Source: Kudoa neothunni
Lineage: Eukaryota; Animalia; Cnidaria
Length of the DNA stretch: 64,000 nt
Direction of reading: 5' to 3'
NCBI GenBank assembly: GCA_964304625.1
Contig: OZ199838.1
Span: 7,021,835 to 7,085,834 of the forward strand
A program made the position numbers and the translations under genes. This document shows positions 52,901-64,000 of the stretch, piece after piece; positions within the stretch are counted from its first letter, which is position 1; every line of letters begins with the position of its first letter. Under the pieces are notes generated by a model. The model was not told the origin of the DNA. It ran no database searches and saw nothing but the letters and a program-made list of their open reading frames with translations.

Positions 52901-53483
52901 AGAGAACGCCTATGGGGATGGGATCGTATGAGATGTAGAGAAAAGGGACTCTCATCAACGAAAATTAGATTGAGGTATCTTAAGTTGATGAGGATTCCTG
53001 TATACCAATTGACATGATCTAACCTTTCTGCTTTTACGCTAGAACAATTTCTACTTTGGGGAATCAGCCCCGTCATTTTAATAGATGTCTTTGACTTATA
53101 AGCCATTTGTATATAGTAGATTGGCAGACTTATACTCCAAGTTTTTCAATAATTCCACTCAGAGTGATATTGCAATCATCCTCAATGAAACAAAGAAGCT
53201 TTTCCTGAACATCATTCGTTAATTCGGTGGTTTTTGCTCCACCTTTTTGATATTTTAAATGAGTTTCCTTTAATTCGTATTTTTTAATAATATCGCTCAG
53301 TGTAGAGCGCGGAATTTTTAGATCTTCAGAAACTTCTTTCTGAGATTTACCTTTCTGGATGACAAGATATATCGCAGCTTCGCGAATTGAGTTTGGATGT
53401 TCGATTCTTTTGGGCATCTTGGTCACTACAAATCCGGATTTGAATTACGCGCAGTCCGGATTGGGGGTAAAAACCCGGTATTG
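49955..53483 (-). mobile_element. Tc1/IS630-type element inserted in Merlin, itself interrupted by a piggyBac
   Basis: TIRs CAA(A)TACCGGGTTTTTACCCC.AATCCGGACT, TA at 53484. HTH ORF 53130-53426; DDE ORF 52579-53106 (FVDESPF, LPRYSPLLNPCE); C-terminal tail resumes at about 50170-50262. Confidence 0.82.
50267..52520 (-). mobile_element. piggyBac (PGBD2/3-like) pseudo-element inside the Tc1
   Basis: TTAA-CCCATTC end; SIDEQMVPYFG, NKPVRFGFK, MDGVDLAD, CAVC..CSGC..H..C tail; GTGTCGTAAACGACAC palindromes. The other boundary is inferred from where Tc1 coding resumes. Confidence 0.8.
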
Positions 53484-55188
53484 TATGAGGACCACTCATC
53501 GGAATGAACAATAGTTCCAGGTTTTTTAAACTTCTCAACAAAATAGAAAAGAATATCCTCTGTTTTATCCTCTATCAAAACCAAAAATCCTATTTTTTCA
53601 TTGACATTGTAGCCCCCAAAAACCCATCGTTGTTTTGGCCATCACCCAACATTATTTTTGGCTTTTGCCATAAGGGATTCATCTATTTGAACTAAATGAC
53701 CTTCTCCGCCTATTTTTTAGTCTTCATGAATCAATCTTTAGGGAATATATCTCTAAAATATTGATACCATGATATCACGGTTTTTTCATCGAGAGAAAGC
53801 TCTTTAACAGTCCTATAGATCGGTCCTTCTGTACTCCAAGAATAGCATATTTTTATAAATTGTTGAAAACATAGATTAGAGTTTTCAAGGAAAGTATTCT
53901 TCTATAAGGAGAGCTTTATGTTTTTATGTGTTGGGCATCTGTAGATTCTGCAGTCACGATGTTTAATAGTTGTCATTTGTCTTTGAAAAATGGTGCACAA
54001 TGGGGAATTCTCTCAATATACATTTATTCTTTAAATATTCAACGGCAGTATCTTCTGAGCGAATAATTGAAGTAGTAAAATCAAAACTCATTTTGGCGGA
54101 TTAAAACGCTGCGTAATCTTTTAATCCGGGACTACAATTCGCCAGGAGTGCGAAAGACTTTTATCGAATTAAGCCTTTTTAAATTCTTGTTAAAATGTGT
54201 ATTGATTTTGAAGTCATCGAGCTTCTCTATCACAATGTTGGGCTAAACTACAGCATCTGTGTACGTGGTTCGGACGGCGTCGGGCATGTGATCGGAAATA
54301 AACAAATTTATGTTAATTTGTGTATAATAGCATGATATACTTCAAAAGAGTGCTTAATTCTGTTTTGGCATATTTTTTTCCTAACTAAATAATTAGAAAT
54401 ATATTTCGATAAATTATCGAGGTTTTTATTGGTAGAATTTCTGTATTATCTCTCGAAGCCCCGAGATGGCATCAATTCGGTTTATGTGGATTCCTTCAGG
54501 AGAAACAAATCTTTTATGAATAATTTTTCCGTGGGTGAAGTCTAGACCTTCCAAATTGTTGTAACCTTTCCAACCACCAGTCCATATTTTGGAACCATCT
54601 TCAACATTATTCATAATATTTTCGAAGACTTTTTGATTCTCAAATCTGGTTATTTAACCCTCTAAGGATCGAAAAAACAATGTGCGTGTAAAGTCTTTGG
54701 GGTAAAAAATACCCCAGTTATTTTATTTAATTTATTAACTTACAAAATTTTTTCAGGAGTCGATCTTCAAGCACTGATTAATTTTAATTATTTTATCCCC
54801 GTAAAATAAACATTAACATTCTAATTTAATCCTAAACTAATCCACATCGTACTTGTACGACACTCATCGTCAACATTAGATCGTATTTTTTAACATAAGT
54901 TTGTGTTTTATCGCCAGGATTAAAAAAATTTCACCCTTTATAATGAACCAAAATAATATAAATTTAAAATATATTTTTATTCATAACATTTCCAACAAGT
55001 ATTTGAGGCATGCATAGGACAATAAAATTTATAGCAAATTCTGCACCATTTTGTAGTTTTCTTGTCCTTTTTTCGCTCACAATATTCACATCTTGAAAGC
55101 TTTACATCAATAGGTGGAACTTTGTTAATTAATGGAAGAATTGGTGATTTCCTCTTAATGATCTTACCGATGAATTTCGCATCGTTAA

Positions 55189-57675
55189 CCCTCTAACGGG
55201 CTTGGGGTCTTTTAGACCCCAAAACGATTTTAATTTGTCCATAGAATATTTTATAATTATCTGGGATACTTGAAATTTCGTCTATTCTCCTAAATTATTT
55301 TAATAAATAGATTTATAAAAATCTTTATGTGGAATATTGATTATTTCTTATCGAACAAAATTTTTATCTTCCAACGGGCTTTGGGGTAAAAAAGACCCCA
55401 GATTTTTTTTGATTTGACGTATGTAGAAAATTATTATAAGATGATTTGGAAATTTAAAAAAAAATCTGCCTAATAAATACTGTCAAATTCAGCAATTATT
55501 AATCAATATAATCCGCCGTAATCCGATTAAGTATGTAATCGCAACATATCGTAACCATCGTTTATATGAATACCGCAAGGTCAATGTTTATTAGCTAAAT
55601 ACAAACAAAATTAACATATTACCTCCGTGTACTAGCAATAAATAATCCCCTACAAAATAAGCTATAGATAATTTAAGCCTTAGGACCGTATATGAGAGTT
55701 AACGCGAAATATACACCAAATTTATCGTTTGTTGCGCACATTGAGATAATCATGGCACCATCTGAGGATTTTAGCGATGAATATCAACCTTTAAGTAGCG
55801 ACATTGATGAAACCGTTCTTGAATATTCCGAAGAATCCGATGATACATCAGATTGCGAACATCCTGCGGATTCTACGACAAGCAAAAGCGGAATACTTTG
55901 GACATTGAATAAGCCACCTCCATCAAAAATGCTGAAGGAGAATATCATGAATCCTCGACCTGGGCCAACAGCTTATTGCATACAAAGAGTCAAAAACGTG
56001 TTGGACTGTTTTTTTATATTCTTCACTGATGAAATTTGCCAGGAAATAATAAAACAAACAAACGTTCACGGGAAATTACACTTTTCTGATTTATGGAATG
56101 ATTTAGACGACGTTGAATTAAGAGGATTTTTCGGAACACTAATTTTGATGGCTGTCTACAAAGACAGAGAGCAACCTCTTTTAGAAATGTTTAGTATAAA
56201 GGAAGGGAGAGAGATGTATCGCGAAATCTTTTCATTTAATCGTTTTCGCCAAATTCTACGATGTATTCATTTTGATAATCCAAGCACCAGATCTGAAAGA
56301 AGAGAATTGGATAAATTTTGTCCAATTCGCAACATATGGAACATGTGGATCCAGACTCTACCTATATGTTTTTTCCCCGGTGAAAATGTTACCGTTGACG
56401 AGCAGTTAGTCTCGTTTAGAGGAAGATACTCATTTAGACAATATATGCCGATGAAGCCGGCGAAATATGGCCTAAAGTTTTTCCTAGCTGTCGATCCAGT
56501 CCACAAATATGTTGTAAACATTTCTCCCTATCTAGGAAAGAACGGAACTCAAGCTAGCCAAAACTGTGGTGTTGGTGAGAATATTGTGCTTTCCCTTACA
56601 GCTCCCTTGTATAACTCAGGAAGAACTATAGTTGCAGATAATTTTTTCTCTTCCCTTAGACTAGCCGAGAAGCTGTTAGACAAACGTCTGACATATCTTG
56701 GAACAATTCGACACAATAAGAGAGATTTACCACCGTGTGTTCTTCCGTCTAGAAATCGTTCCTTATTCAGCACTATGTTTATATTTTTTGATAAATATAT
56801 GATCACTTCATATGTCAACAAAAAAAGAAGAGCAGTGATTCTCCTATCCTCAGGAACAACCAACACCAACATAACCAACGATACACATAAACAAAAGCCT
56901 GAAACAATAGTGGATTATAATGGTTCCAAAGGAGGAGTAGATACCGTGGATCGGATGTTGGCTTCCGTTTCGGTCCGCAGATTTAATCGACGCTGGCCCA
57001 TGGTGGTCTTTTATAATATGTTGGATTTGACTTTGATAAATTCATTTTGTCTATATAAACACATATTTAACGATTCCACAAAATTGAGACGTGATTTTCT
57101 GAAAGAAATGGCTGGAGAGTTGTATAAACCTCTTTTGGAGAGAAATTCCCAAATGAAAAAAGGTTCAAAAAGATCTCATCCAACTTCTATGGAAACATAC
57201 AACTTTGCAGATTCAAATACTTCTAAACGAAGATGTGAACATTGTCCTCGTGAAAACGATAAGAAAACCTCATCCAAATGCTCAAAATGTGGAAGTTTCT
57301 ACTGTCGCGCCCATTCGTCAAATAAATGTCTAAATTGCTAGCTAATATAAACCAAATTTATTAGGGACCCTCGAAAATATTTTATCTTTTATTTTTTACT
57401 AAAATGTTATTTTTCATTATTTCAAATAAGACTAAACATATTATACGTTATAAAAACGATTTATCGCGATATCTGCTTAATCTTGCCGAAGAGGATTACT
57501 GAAGATTAATTATGAAGTAATTGATTATTTTCTCAGCGTTACTTAGGCAGAATTTTCCCATATTGCCCTCATAAGTTTATAATAATTTTCTGCATACATT
57601 AAATTAAAAAAAACCTGGGGTCTTTTTTACCCCAAAGCCCGTTGGAGGGTGGTCGTTTTTTCATCCGTTGGAGGG
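55189..57675 (+). mobile_element. Intact piggyBac transposon, 2,487 bp
   Basis: TTAA TSDs (55185-55188, 57676-57679), TIR CCCTCTAACGG/CCCTCCAACGG, subterminal inverted repeats and an intact ORF. Confidence 0.95.
55692..57341 (+). CDS. piggyBac transposase (PGBD4-like), uninterrupted
   Basis: DDD triad VTVDEQL / IVADNFFSS / GGVDTVD, KPAKYGLK, RRWPMVVFYNMLD, and C-terminal cysteine-rich domain CEHC..CSKC..C..H..CLNC. The true start may be Met at 55752. Confidence 0.95.
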   Translation: MRVNAKYTPNLSFVAHIEIIMAPSEDFSDEYQPLSSDIDETVLEYSEESDDTSDCEHPADSTTSKSGILWTLNKPPPSKMLKENIMNPRPGPTAYCIQRVKNVLDCFFIFFTDEICQEIIKQTNVHGKLHFSDLWNDLDDVELRGFFGTLILMAVYKDREQPLLEMFSIKEGREMYREIFSFNRFRQILRCIHFDNPSTRSERRELDKFCPIRNIWNMWIQTLPICFFPGENVTVDEQLVSFRGRYSFRQYMPMKPAKYGLKFFLAVDPVHKYVVNISPYLGKNGTQASQNCGVGENIVLSLTAPLYNSGRTIVADNFFSSLRLAEKLLDKRLTYLGTIRHNKRDLPPCVLPSRNRSLFSTMFIFFDKYMITSYVNKKRRAVILLSSGTTNTNITNDTHKQKPETIVDYNGSKGGVDTVDRMLASVSVRRFNRRWPMVVFYNMLDLTLINSFCLYKHIFNDSTKLRRDFLKEMAGELYKPLLERNSQMKKGSKRSHPTSMETYNFADSNTSKRRCEHCPRENDKKTSSKCSKCGSFYCRAHSSNKCLNC

Positions 57676-59249
57676 TTAAAATACATCTTTATATATTACA
57701 AGGGCGTTGACTAAAGATGAATCCACCATGTTGAAGAACACCACTAAAGGCCATCTTCTGGTGAATCGGCGAACAGAAGCCAACATCCCATCGACATTGT
57801 CCACGCCACCTTAAGATTTATTCTAGTCTAGTATTATTTTGGGCTTGAACTTTAATGTCTCATCCGAAATAGTATCGTCCGATGTACCAGTAGCCAACAA
57901 GATAACACATTTGGATTTCTGACATATGTATGATACCAACATGAACTTTTTGTTAAACACAAATTTGCTACTATAAATCTCACTTTTTTTTGAGGGAAAC
58001 AGATAATTTGGAATTTCTTTTTTGTTTTCTCGTAGAGTTCCCAAGAAGGTCAATCTTTTGTCGAGCAACTTTTTTGCTAACGAATATGATGAAAAGAAAT
58101 TATCAGTTACGATATTTCTGCCGGAATAGAACAATGGAGATGACAATGAAAGAACGACACTTTTTCCAAGATATATGGAAACGTTGAAAACATAATTTGA
58201 AACTGGATCGACCAACAAAAAGAATTTGATACCGTATTTTGCTGGTTTCATAGGCATATATTGACGAAATAGGCATCGACCTCGAAATGAAACAAGTTAC
58301 TCGTCGATAGTTACACCTTGATGTGGAGCGGTACATTTAGACAATATCTTAACCCAGTGATCCCATAAATCAGGTATGGGACAAAATTTATCGACATCCC
58401 TGCGCTGCATTCTGGTATTAAAGTCATCAAAACGAAGGGCACGCGAAATCTGCTTGAATCGTCGAAGAGAACGCAACTGCCAGTATATTTCTTTCCCCTC
58501 TTTAATACTAAAAAGCTCGCATATGGGTTCTTGTCTATCTTTGAATTTACGTTTTCCAAAAATATTCGTGACGTGTATAATTTTATTACAAATTTCCGCG
58601 GTAAAGAAAGTTGTAAAACAGTCCAACAAATTTTGTATTTTTAGAGATGTGTAACAAGTAGATCCTGGGGTAGAAATCCATTATATTTTCCCGCACATGT
58701 TTTGGTTATTGTAGGCTTCAAAATGCTCCATGAAATACCACTTTTGCTACGTAAGGAATCAGGATGAACATCGTTAACTTCAATCTCATCATCCGTTAAT
58801 TCATATCCATCCATAACATAATCTTCAAATTCACTTCCGGATGAAGAAATATCGTCATTAAAGTCAACGCTATCGCTCATGTTAGTGCTTGTGAAGGTTT
58901 GAGCATGCACCTTTTGAATAAACGCGCAATATACTTGGATTATCTCCATAAACTACTCATACAATATCACTTAAATGTGATTATTTATATACAACAAATT
59001 TTTCCCTGAATTTTAGCAAAAAAAATGGCTGGGGTATTCTTTACCCCAAAAACTTTAGAAGATAATTTTTGTATAGAAACTTTAATATTTAATCAGATCG
59101 AAAAATTTTTAACTTAAAATTTACTAAAATTATTTTTTTAAGAATACCCCAAAACCTTTAGAGGGTTAAAAAAAACAATTACCGTTTACATCAATCCTGC
59201 CCACCATCTAATATTGTTGAGTCTGGAGAATTTTTCCAACGTTATACAA

Positions 59250-61136
59250 CAGTAGGCAATCGATTTTTTCGTACTTTTTAACTTCTTGTTTCGCGTTTAC
59301 ACTGAAAGTTTTCTGTACAAGTAAAGATTCAATATTAGAATACCGTATTAAAATTTAATTGAAAAAAGTTTACAAATAAAGAAAAAATGATGAAAAGATG
59401 AAAAACATAGCAATTAAAGGAGCGGAGGATGCTACCGTTCAACATTTTAAAACTTCCTACAATTTCAACATTGGGTGGCATTCTTAATAAGAAAGAAGAA
59501 ATATTGAAATCCCATGTAGGTAGGATAGCTTCACCGAAAAAAATTGGAATATAAGTACCAACAAAGAGCTTGATTTGGAGAAGTTTGAGTCGATTAATTT
59601 GATGCGCTCAAAAAATAGAGCTAACTTCTATTGATATGATTAATAAAATGAGAGAATTGCACTCAAACTATTCGTGTGTGGATTCCTTAATAACCGACGG
59701 TTTAAAGGATTTAATCAATATTCAACCTAAAATGGCAAAATTATCACAATGATTTTTGTATCGTTGACAGCGAAACAATTAAAAATGGATTTTCGATGTT
59801 ATTAGATATAATAAAGGACTGCTCACCTGACCGTGTTTTTAAAATTGACGAAATTGTGCCATACTATCAGCAACACGAATTAAAATTTTTGTTTGTATAT
59901 ATTTGCACAGTTTTAAGAAAGCTATGTCGCAACTAGGGAGAATGCCTATAACCGAATAAAAAAGGAAAAAACTAATAACATTCCTCTTTTGTGCTTTCAT
60001 ATCTGGTAAGAAACTCGATCCTTTGATTATTTGGCATTCTGCTAAAACGAGATGCTCCAAAAATGTGAAAAATCTTCTACTAAAGTTTGAATGCCGCGAA
60101 AAGCATGAATGACTGATCATATGTTTATAAAATATATAACTGATTTAAATAAGTTTTTTGAATAAACTCCAATAAAATTGTTTTATATTAGACAATGCAA
60201 TTTCTAATTTTTCACAACGATTTAAGCCATATAAAAACCGTTTTTCTTCCTCAAAATACGATAAACGTTTTGCGACCTTTAGATCAGAATATTATCCACT
60301 CGTTCAAATCGGCATATAAAGAGAAATTATAAAAAAGTTCTTTGCATTCACAGAAGCTGGCTCTCTCCCAACTTCCTCAGATTACCTGGAATCTATGTTT
60401 TTAACTAAAGAAGCGTGAGAGTATGCTAGCAATAAGACCATATTAAACTGTTTTAAAGCTGGATTTTCTTCTGCTAACGATGAAGGTATAAATTATGAAA
60501 TTACGCTGCATGAACTAACAGAAATTGACGAAATGATTCTAGAGGAGCACGATAATTTTCTATGGATGATGAAGATTCAGTTAACTTACAGCATAACATA
60601 GAAAAGGTAAAAGAACCACCATGATGACGATATATCCTAAGATTTACCAATCGATGATATTTTTTCGAAGGAAGTTATAGAATCAATTCAAAAACTTTAA
60701 AGTTTCATAAGGCGTAATGCAATTGATGAGTAAAACTTGTGCGTAAAGTTGGAGAGTACGCTGCCGAACGTATTATTCAAAAAAATTTAGCCAAACTAAG
60801 ATAACTGATTATTTCCACAAACTCGATTCTTAAAGTCGTTCCTCAGTTATTTTTTGGTTTCCATTGACAATTTTTCACCATTGATTATCAAAATTGATAA
60901 AAATTGGTGAGATAAGATAAAAAACCATTACTATCGTTTCTTGTCGCTGCAATAATTTAATTCGGAATCACTTAGCTCAAAGTTTCCAACGGAATAAACT
61001 TTTTATTTAATCGCAAAGATAAAATTATAAAGAAAATGGGATAAATTTTAATGGAAAACCATCTAAATCACTCACCGACCATCATGATTCTAAGACGCGC
61101 ATGCTCCGAAACGTACGAAAAATCGATTGACCACTG
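59250..61136 (+). mobile_element. pogo/Tigger element, decayed
   Basis: TIRs CAGTAGGCAATCGATTTTTTCGTAC / CAGTGGTCAATCGATTTTTCGTAC; remnants SGKKLDPLIIWHSAKTRC, LDNA, FLPQNTINVLRPLDQNIIHSFKSAYK. Confidence 0.8.
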
Positions 61137-61569
61137 TATTTTCGTTTGGAAACGGCGGTTTCGTCGATTTGAACAGTAACTCTTTCCTCACCAATTTTTG
61201 AAAATTCTTCTTCTACTTTTGAAACCATAATTTCAGTAATTAGACTTTTCCATTCTGATATAGTGGAAAATTGAAGCGATATCAAAATGGTTGCAGTATG
61301 CCTTCGTAGTTGCTGTTTGGGCGTTGAATCATGTTGAGGATATAATTAAAGCATCTCCTCCTAAATAATTTACAACTACAGTCAAGATTGGGGATATTGC
61401 GTAATTCAAGATTTTCAACGTTATCGTTTATAGAGAGGAATTTGGTAATAACAAATACAAAAAATTTATTAATAAAAAAAAATATCGTTATTGTGTGGTT
61501 TTTTGTGGTCGATTGGTTTAAATCAAATAGTGTTTTTTTCATTATATCCCGTGAACAACGCAATATATT

Positions 61570-62337
61570 CAGAGAAAATGCAAAACATCACCTTGCGTGC
61601 GTTTTTTTTCGACTCTCTCTTTTACGATTATCAATAATAAAACATTTTATTAAAGCAAATATTTTTATCTTAACAAATAAAATTTGTAATGTTAATTAAC
61701 TATATACTTTATGTGGTATTTTAAAATAATATAGGTAAATATACGATTTATTATTTGTAAAAGTTCTCCACTTTAATATTTTCGGATAAATAAAATACGT
61801 ATTGACATATTTTAATTTATGCCTTTCTTCACTTTATAACCAAAAATATCAATCTATGATTAATAATGTTATTGTTAGTTTCAATTTCGCAAGTAGTTGG
61901 TGTATAAAAACTACTTCACTAATAATAATGTATTCATAAAAATTTAAAAAACTAAGATAAACAATTATAGATGTTACTAAATGGTTTAAAAGTTAATTGA
62001 CCTTTAGAAATAATGATAGGTGACATTATTTCTTAATATTGGACAAACTTATTTAGAAGTTTGCTACACTAAATTTGGTATGAAAATATTAAGAAAATAT
62101 AAATAATGGTTATAATATACTAATTATGATAAAATATGAAAATAAATCAGCTATTTTTTCAGTGTTTATTGCAAAACAATGTGGATTATATGTGTATCCG
62201 ACTGTAGTCGAATAGGAATTAGGTAAAAATTTAGAAGTAATTTTATTTGTACTCAGTATTCTTTTGATTTATTATTGATAATCGTGAAAGAAAAAACAAT
62301 AAAAAAATGCACGTAAGGTGGTGTTTTCTGGAGTCAC
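61570..62337. repeat. Non-coding foldback/MITE with about 90-bp imperfect terminal inverted repeats
   Basis: AAAACATCACCTTGCGTGC..TTACGATTATCAATAATAAA is inverted at 62265-62327 as AAAACACCACCTTACGTGC..TCACGATTATCAATAATAAA; no clear TSD. Confidence 0.6.
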
Positions 62338-64000
62338 ATACTTTGCCATTACCAAAACATTTTTTTCACATTCAATCCCCCAAATCAATAGTTGGTGTTT
62401 AGAATACGCAATAATCCGATGGATGATATATTGAATTAAAGTTGGCACACGCTAATCGCTTTTTATATATTTGTGTAAACATTAGTTTTTAATAAAAAAA
62501 TCATGCTAGAGAAGATTTTACCTTAATTACTGATTTTTATTTGTTATATTTAAATTTATGCATTTTCTGATTACTCACAGGTGAATCATAGTATTTATTT
62601 TTGGATGTAACAATGAAGGTTCACTCAAACATAATTGAACGTTCTTAGAACACTATAAAGTATAAAATATCACCAAGAAATAAAATTTACTCAATTTATG
62701 AGTATTGCGAAATTGTCGAAAGTGGCATAATTGACTTTATTTGCGAATTCTGATGAAGAAAAAAATGAAAAAGACGTATGTTTTGGCTTAATTAAAGATG
62801 CTTAAACTGCTCAATTAAATTGGTTTTTATTAAAATTACTTTTCATGTGGCTCACATTTATTTTGGAAATAATTTTATTATTTTGAGCAATTGTTATTTT
62901 TATTTACGTCATACCGCTTGGAAACATTGCGCCGGATTAAAAACTACAGTAATTAGTTCGATATATAATCCGTTAATTTAAAGGGGGTGTATTCTAAACA
63001 TGATCAAATCAAATTTTAACGGGTTCTTATTCGATCACTAACAAAACTTCCATCTGAATGCACTTCATGTAGTCAAAGATTAGGCTCACCTACCCACATA
63101 AGTAAAATTATTTAAAAATAATTCAATGCACCCCTCTCTCATAACGTTCTCTATACTACAAACGTTCTTATTGGAACAGAGTTTGAAGTAAGACATTAAT
63201 GTTGTTGATCACATCTTGTATACTACGAGAGGTAAAAAAGATTGGATGTTAATAAAGTTTTATTTTAAAATTAATGCAGAAAATAAACGCAGTGATAAAT
63301 GACTAATTCAACGACTTATTCTGCACTTATATCGTAACTTACATTAAGAGCTAAACATTAAATAGTTTTTGACGTACAGAGATAATTAGAGGAAAATTAT
63401 GCATTACCAGGAATGAGTAAACTCCACAAAATAATTTTTGTTACTTTTTAATGGAAAATGTGTCGTCATAAGTGTTGCAATGTTTTACACATCTGTAAGA
63501 ATATAATTCCGAGACGGATTGAAAGAACCATCAAACACGTCTGTGTTGAAGCCTGCTTCAGACCTATTTTGGTAGTTATACTAGCTACATAAGCGTAGAC
63601 TAAAGCTCTGATAAATGAGATGTCCACAATTATTGCAAAAATCGAGAAATCTTTATCCACTGAAAGAGCGGCAGTTGCTGTTGAGCCTAAAAATCCGTGT
63701 TCTATTGTCAAGCGAGTCACTTAATAGTTTAGTCTACCATAATTTTGAGATACGGTAGATCTTTTCAGGAAGGTTACATTAATAAATGAATTTTGCCAAT
63801 GAAAATATTTCTTAGAAACCCATGTACCACTCGCCGATACTAATCGTAAAATTTAGCAATACGTTAAATAATAACCATTTTCATCGCAACTATGATTTAC
63901 GTAACTCCATAATTATTCATAAACAAATTATTCCTAAATAAAATTGGTGTTGTGCGAGAGTCCGACATTCCAACAACCTTCCATTAAGATGAAAATAGTT

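Larger units (their letters stand above)
49621..54152 (-). mobile_element. Merlin (IS1016/ISXO2-like) element, interrupted by Tc1
   Basis: 25-bp TIRs GGCACTCCTAGTGAATTGTGGTCCC / CGCACTCCTGGCGAATTGTAGTCCC and a degenerate 8-bp TSD. Transposase pieces: VQIDES, RWVFGG, PGTIVHSDEWSSY, then TVNHSKHFKDPITGVHTNHVECYW..HLDEFMWR. Confidence 0.85.
54658..59165 (-). mobile_element. Older piggyBac (pseudogenised) hosting the intact piggyBac
   Basis: TTAA-CCCTCTAAGG..CCTTTAGAGGG-TTAA. Frameshifted transposase 57680-58880 (VTIDE, MPMKPAKYGIK, VTDNFFSS, WPLVVFFNMVD) continuing at about 54980-55188. Confidence 0.88.
54270..61560 (-). mobile_element. Second Merlin-like transposase remnant split by piggyBac and Tigger insertions (outer limits approximate)
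   Basis: VQIDETAVSKRKY (61140-61285), then NVGK..MVGRID..CFF (59170-59246), then GSKIWTGGWKGY..FVSPEGIHINRID (54426-54653); these rejoin when the inserts are removed. Confidence 0.65.

Noticed and set aside
63466-63720. 84-aa minus-strand ORF
   Set aside because: GTG start, no recognisable domain or splice context; probably a decayed transposon.
1-64000. CRISPR arrays, rRNA or tRNA genes
   Set aside because: No regularly spaced repeats or recognisable structural RNA; the recurring palindromes are transposon subterminal motifs.

Overview
Eukaryotic (animal-type) AT-rich nuclear DNA with mostly 39-60 bp GT-AG introns, resembling a reduced parasite genome such as a myxozoan or orthonectid; the taxon cannot be determined from sequence alone. 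Host genes: two tandem POMGNT1-like (GT13) glycosyltransferases, a 15-exon divergent mitochondrial RNA polymerase (POLRMT), a single-pass Cys-rich/EGF membrane protein, and a glutamine-dependent NAD+ synthetase with one apparent frameshift. The rest is largely transposons, often nested several layers deep: Mutator/MULE, hAT, pogo/Tigger, Tc1/IS630, Merlin and several piggyBac families, one of them intact. The standout is a young, intact 3,915-bp Ty3/Gypsy element with 86-bp LTRs. Its single Gag-Pol ORF starts inside the 5' LTR and is translated through the LTR end and the primer-binding site. It sits head-to-head, about 110 bp from the POLRMT start codon. All gene models and motif calls were made by eye.
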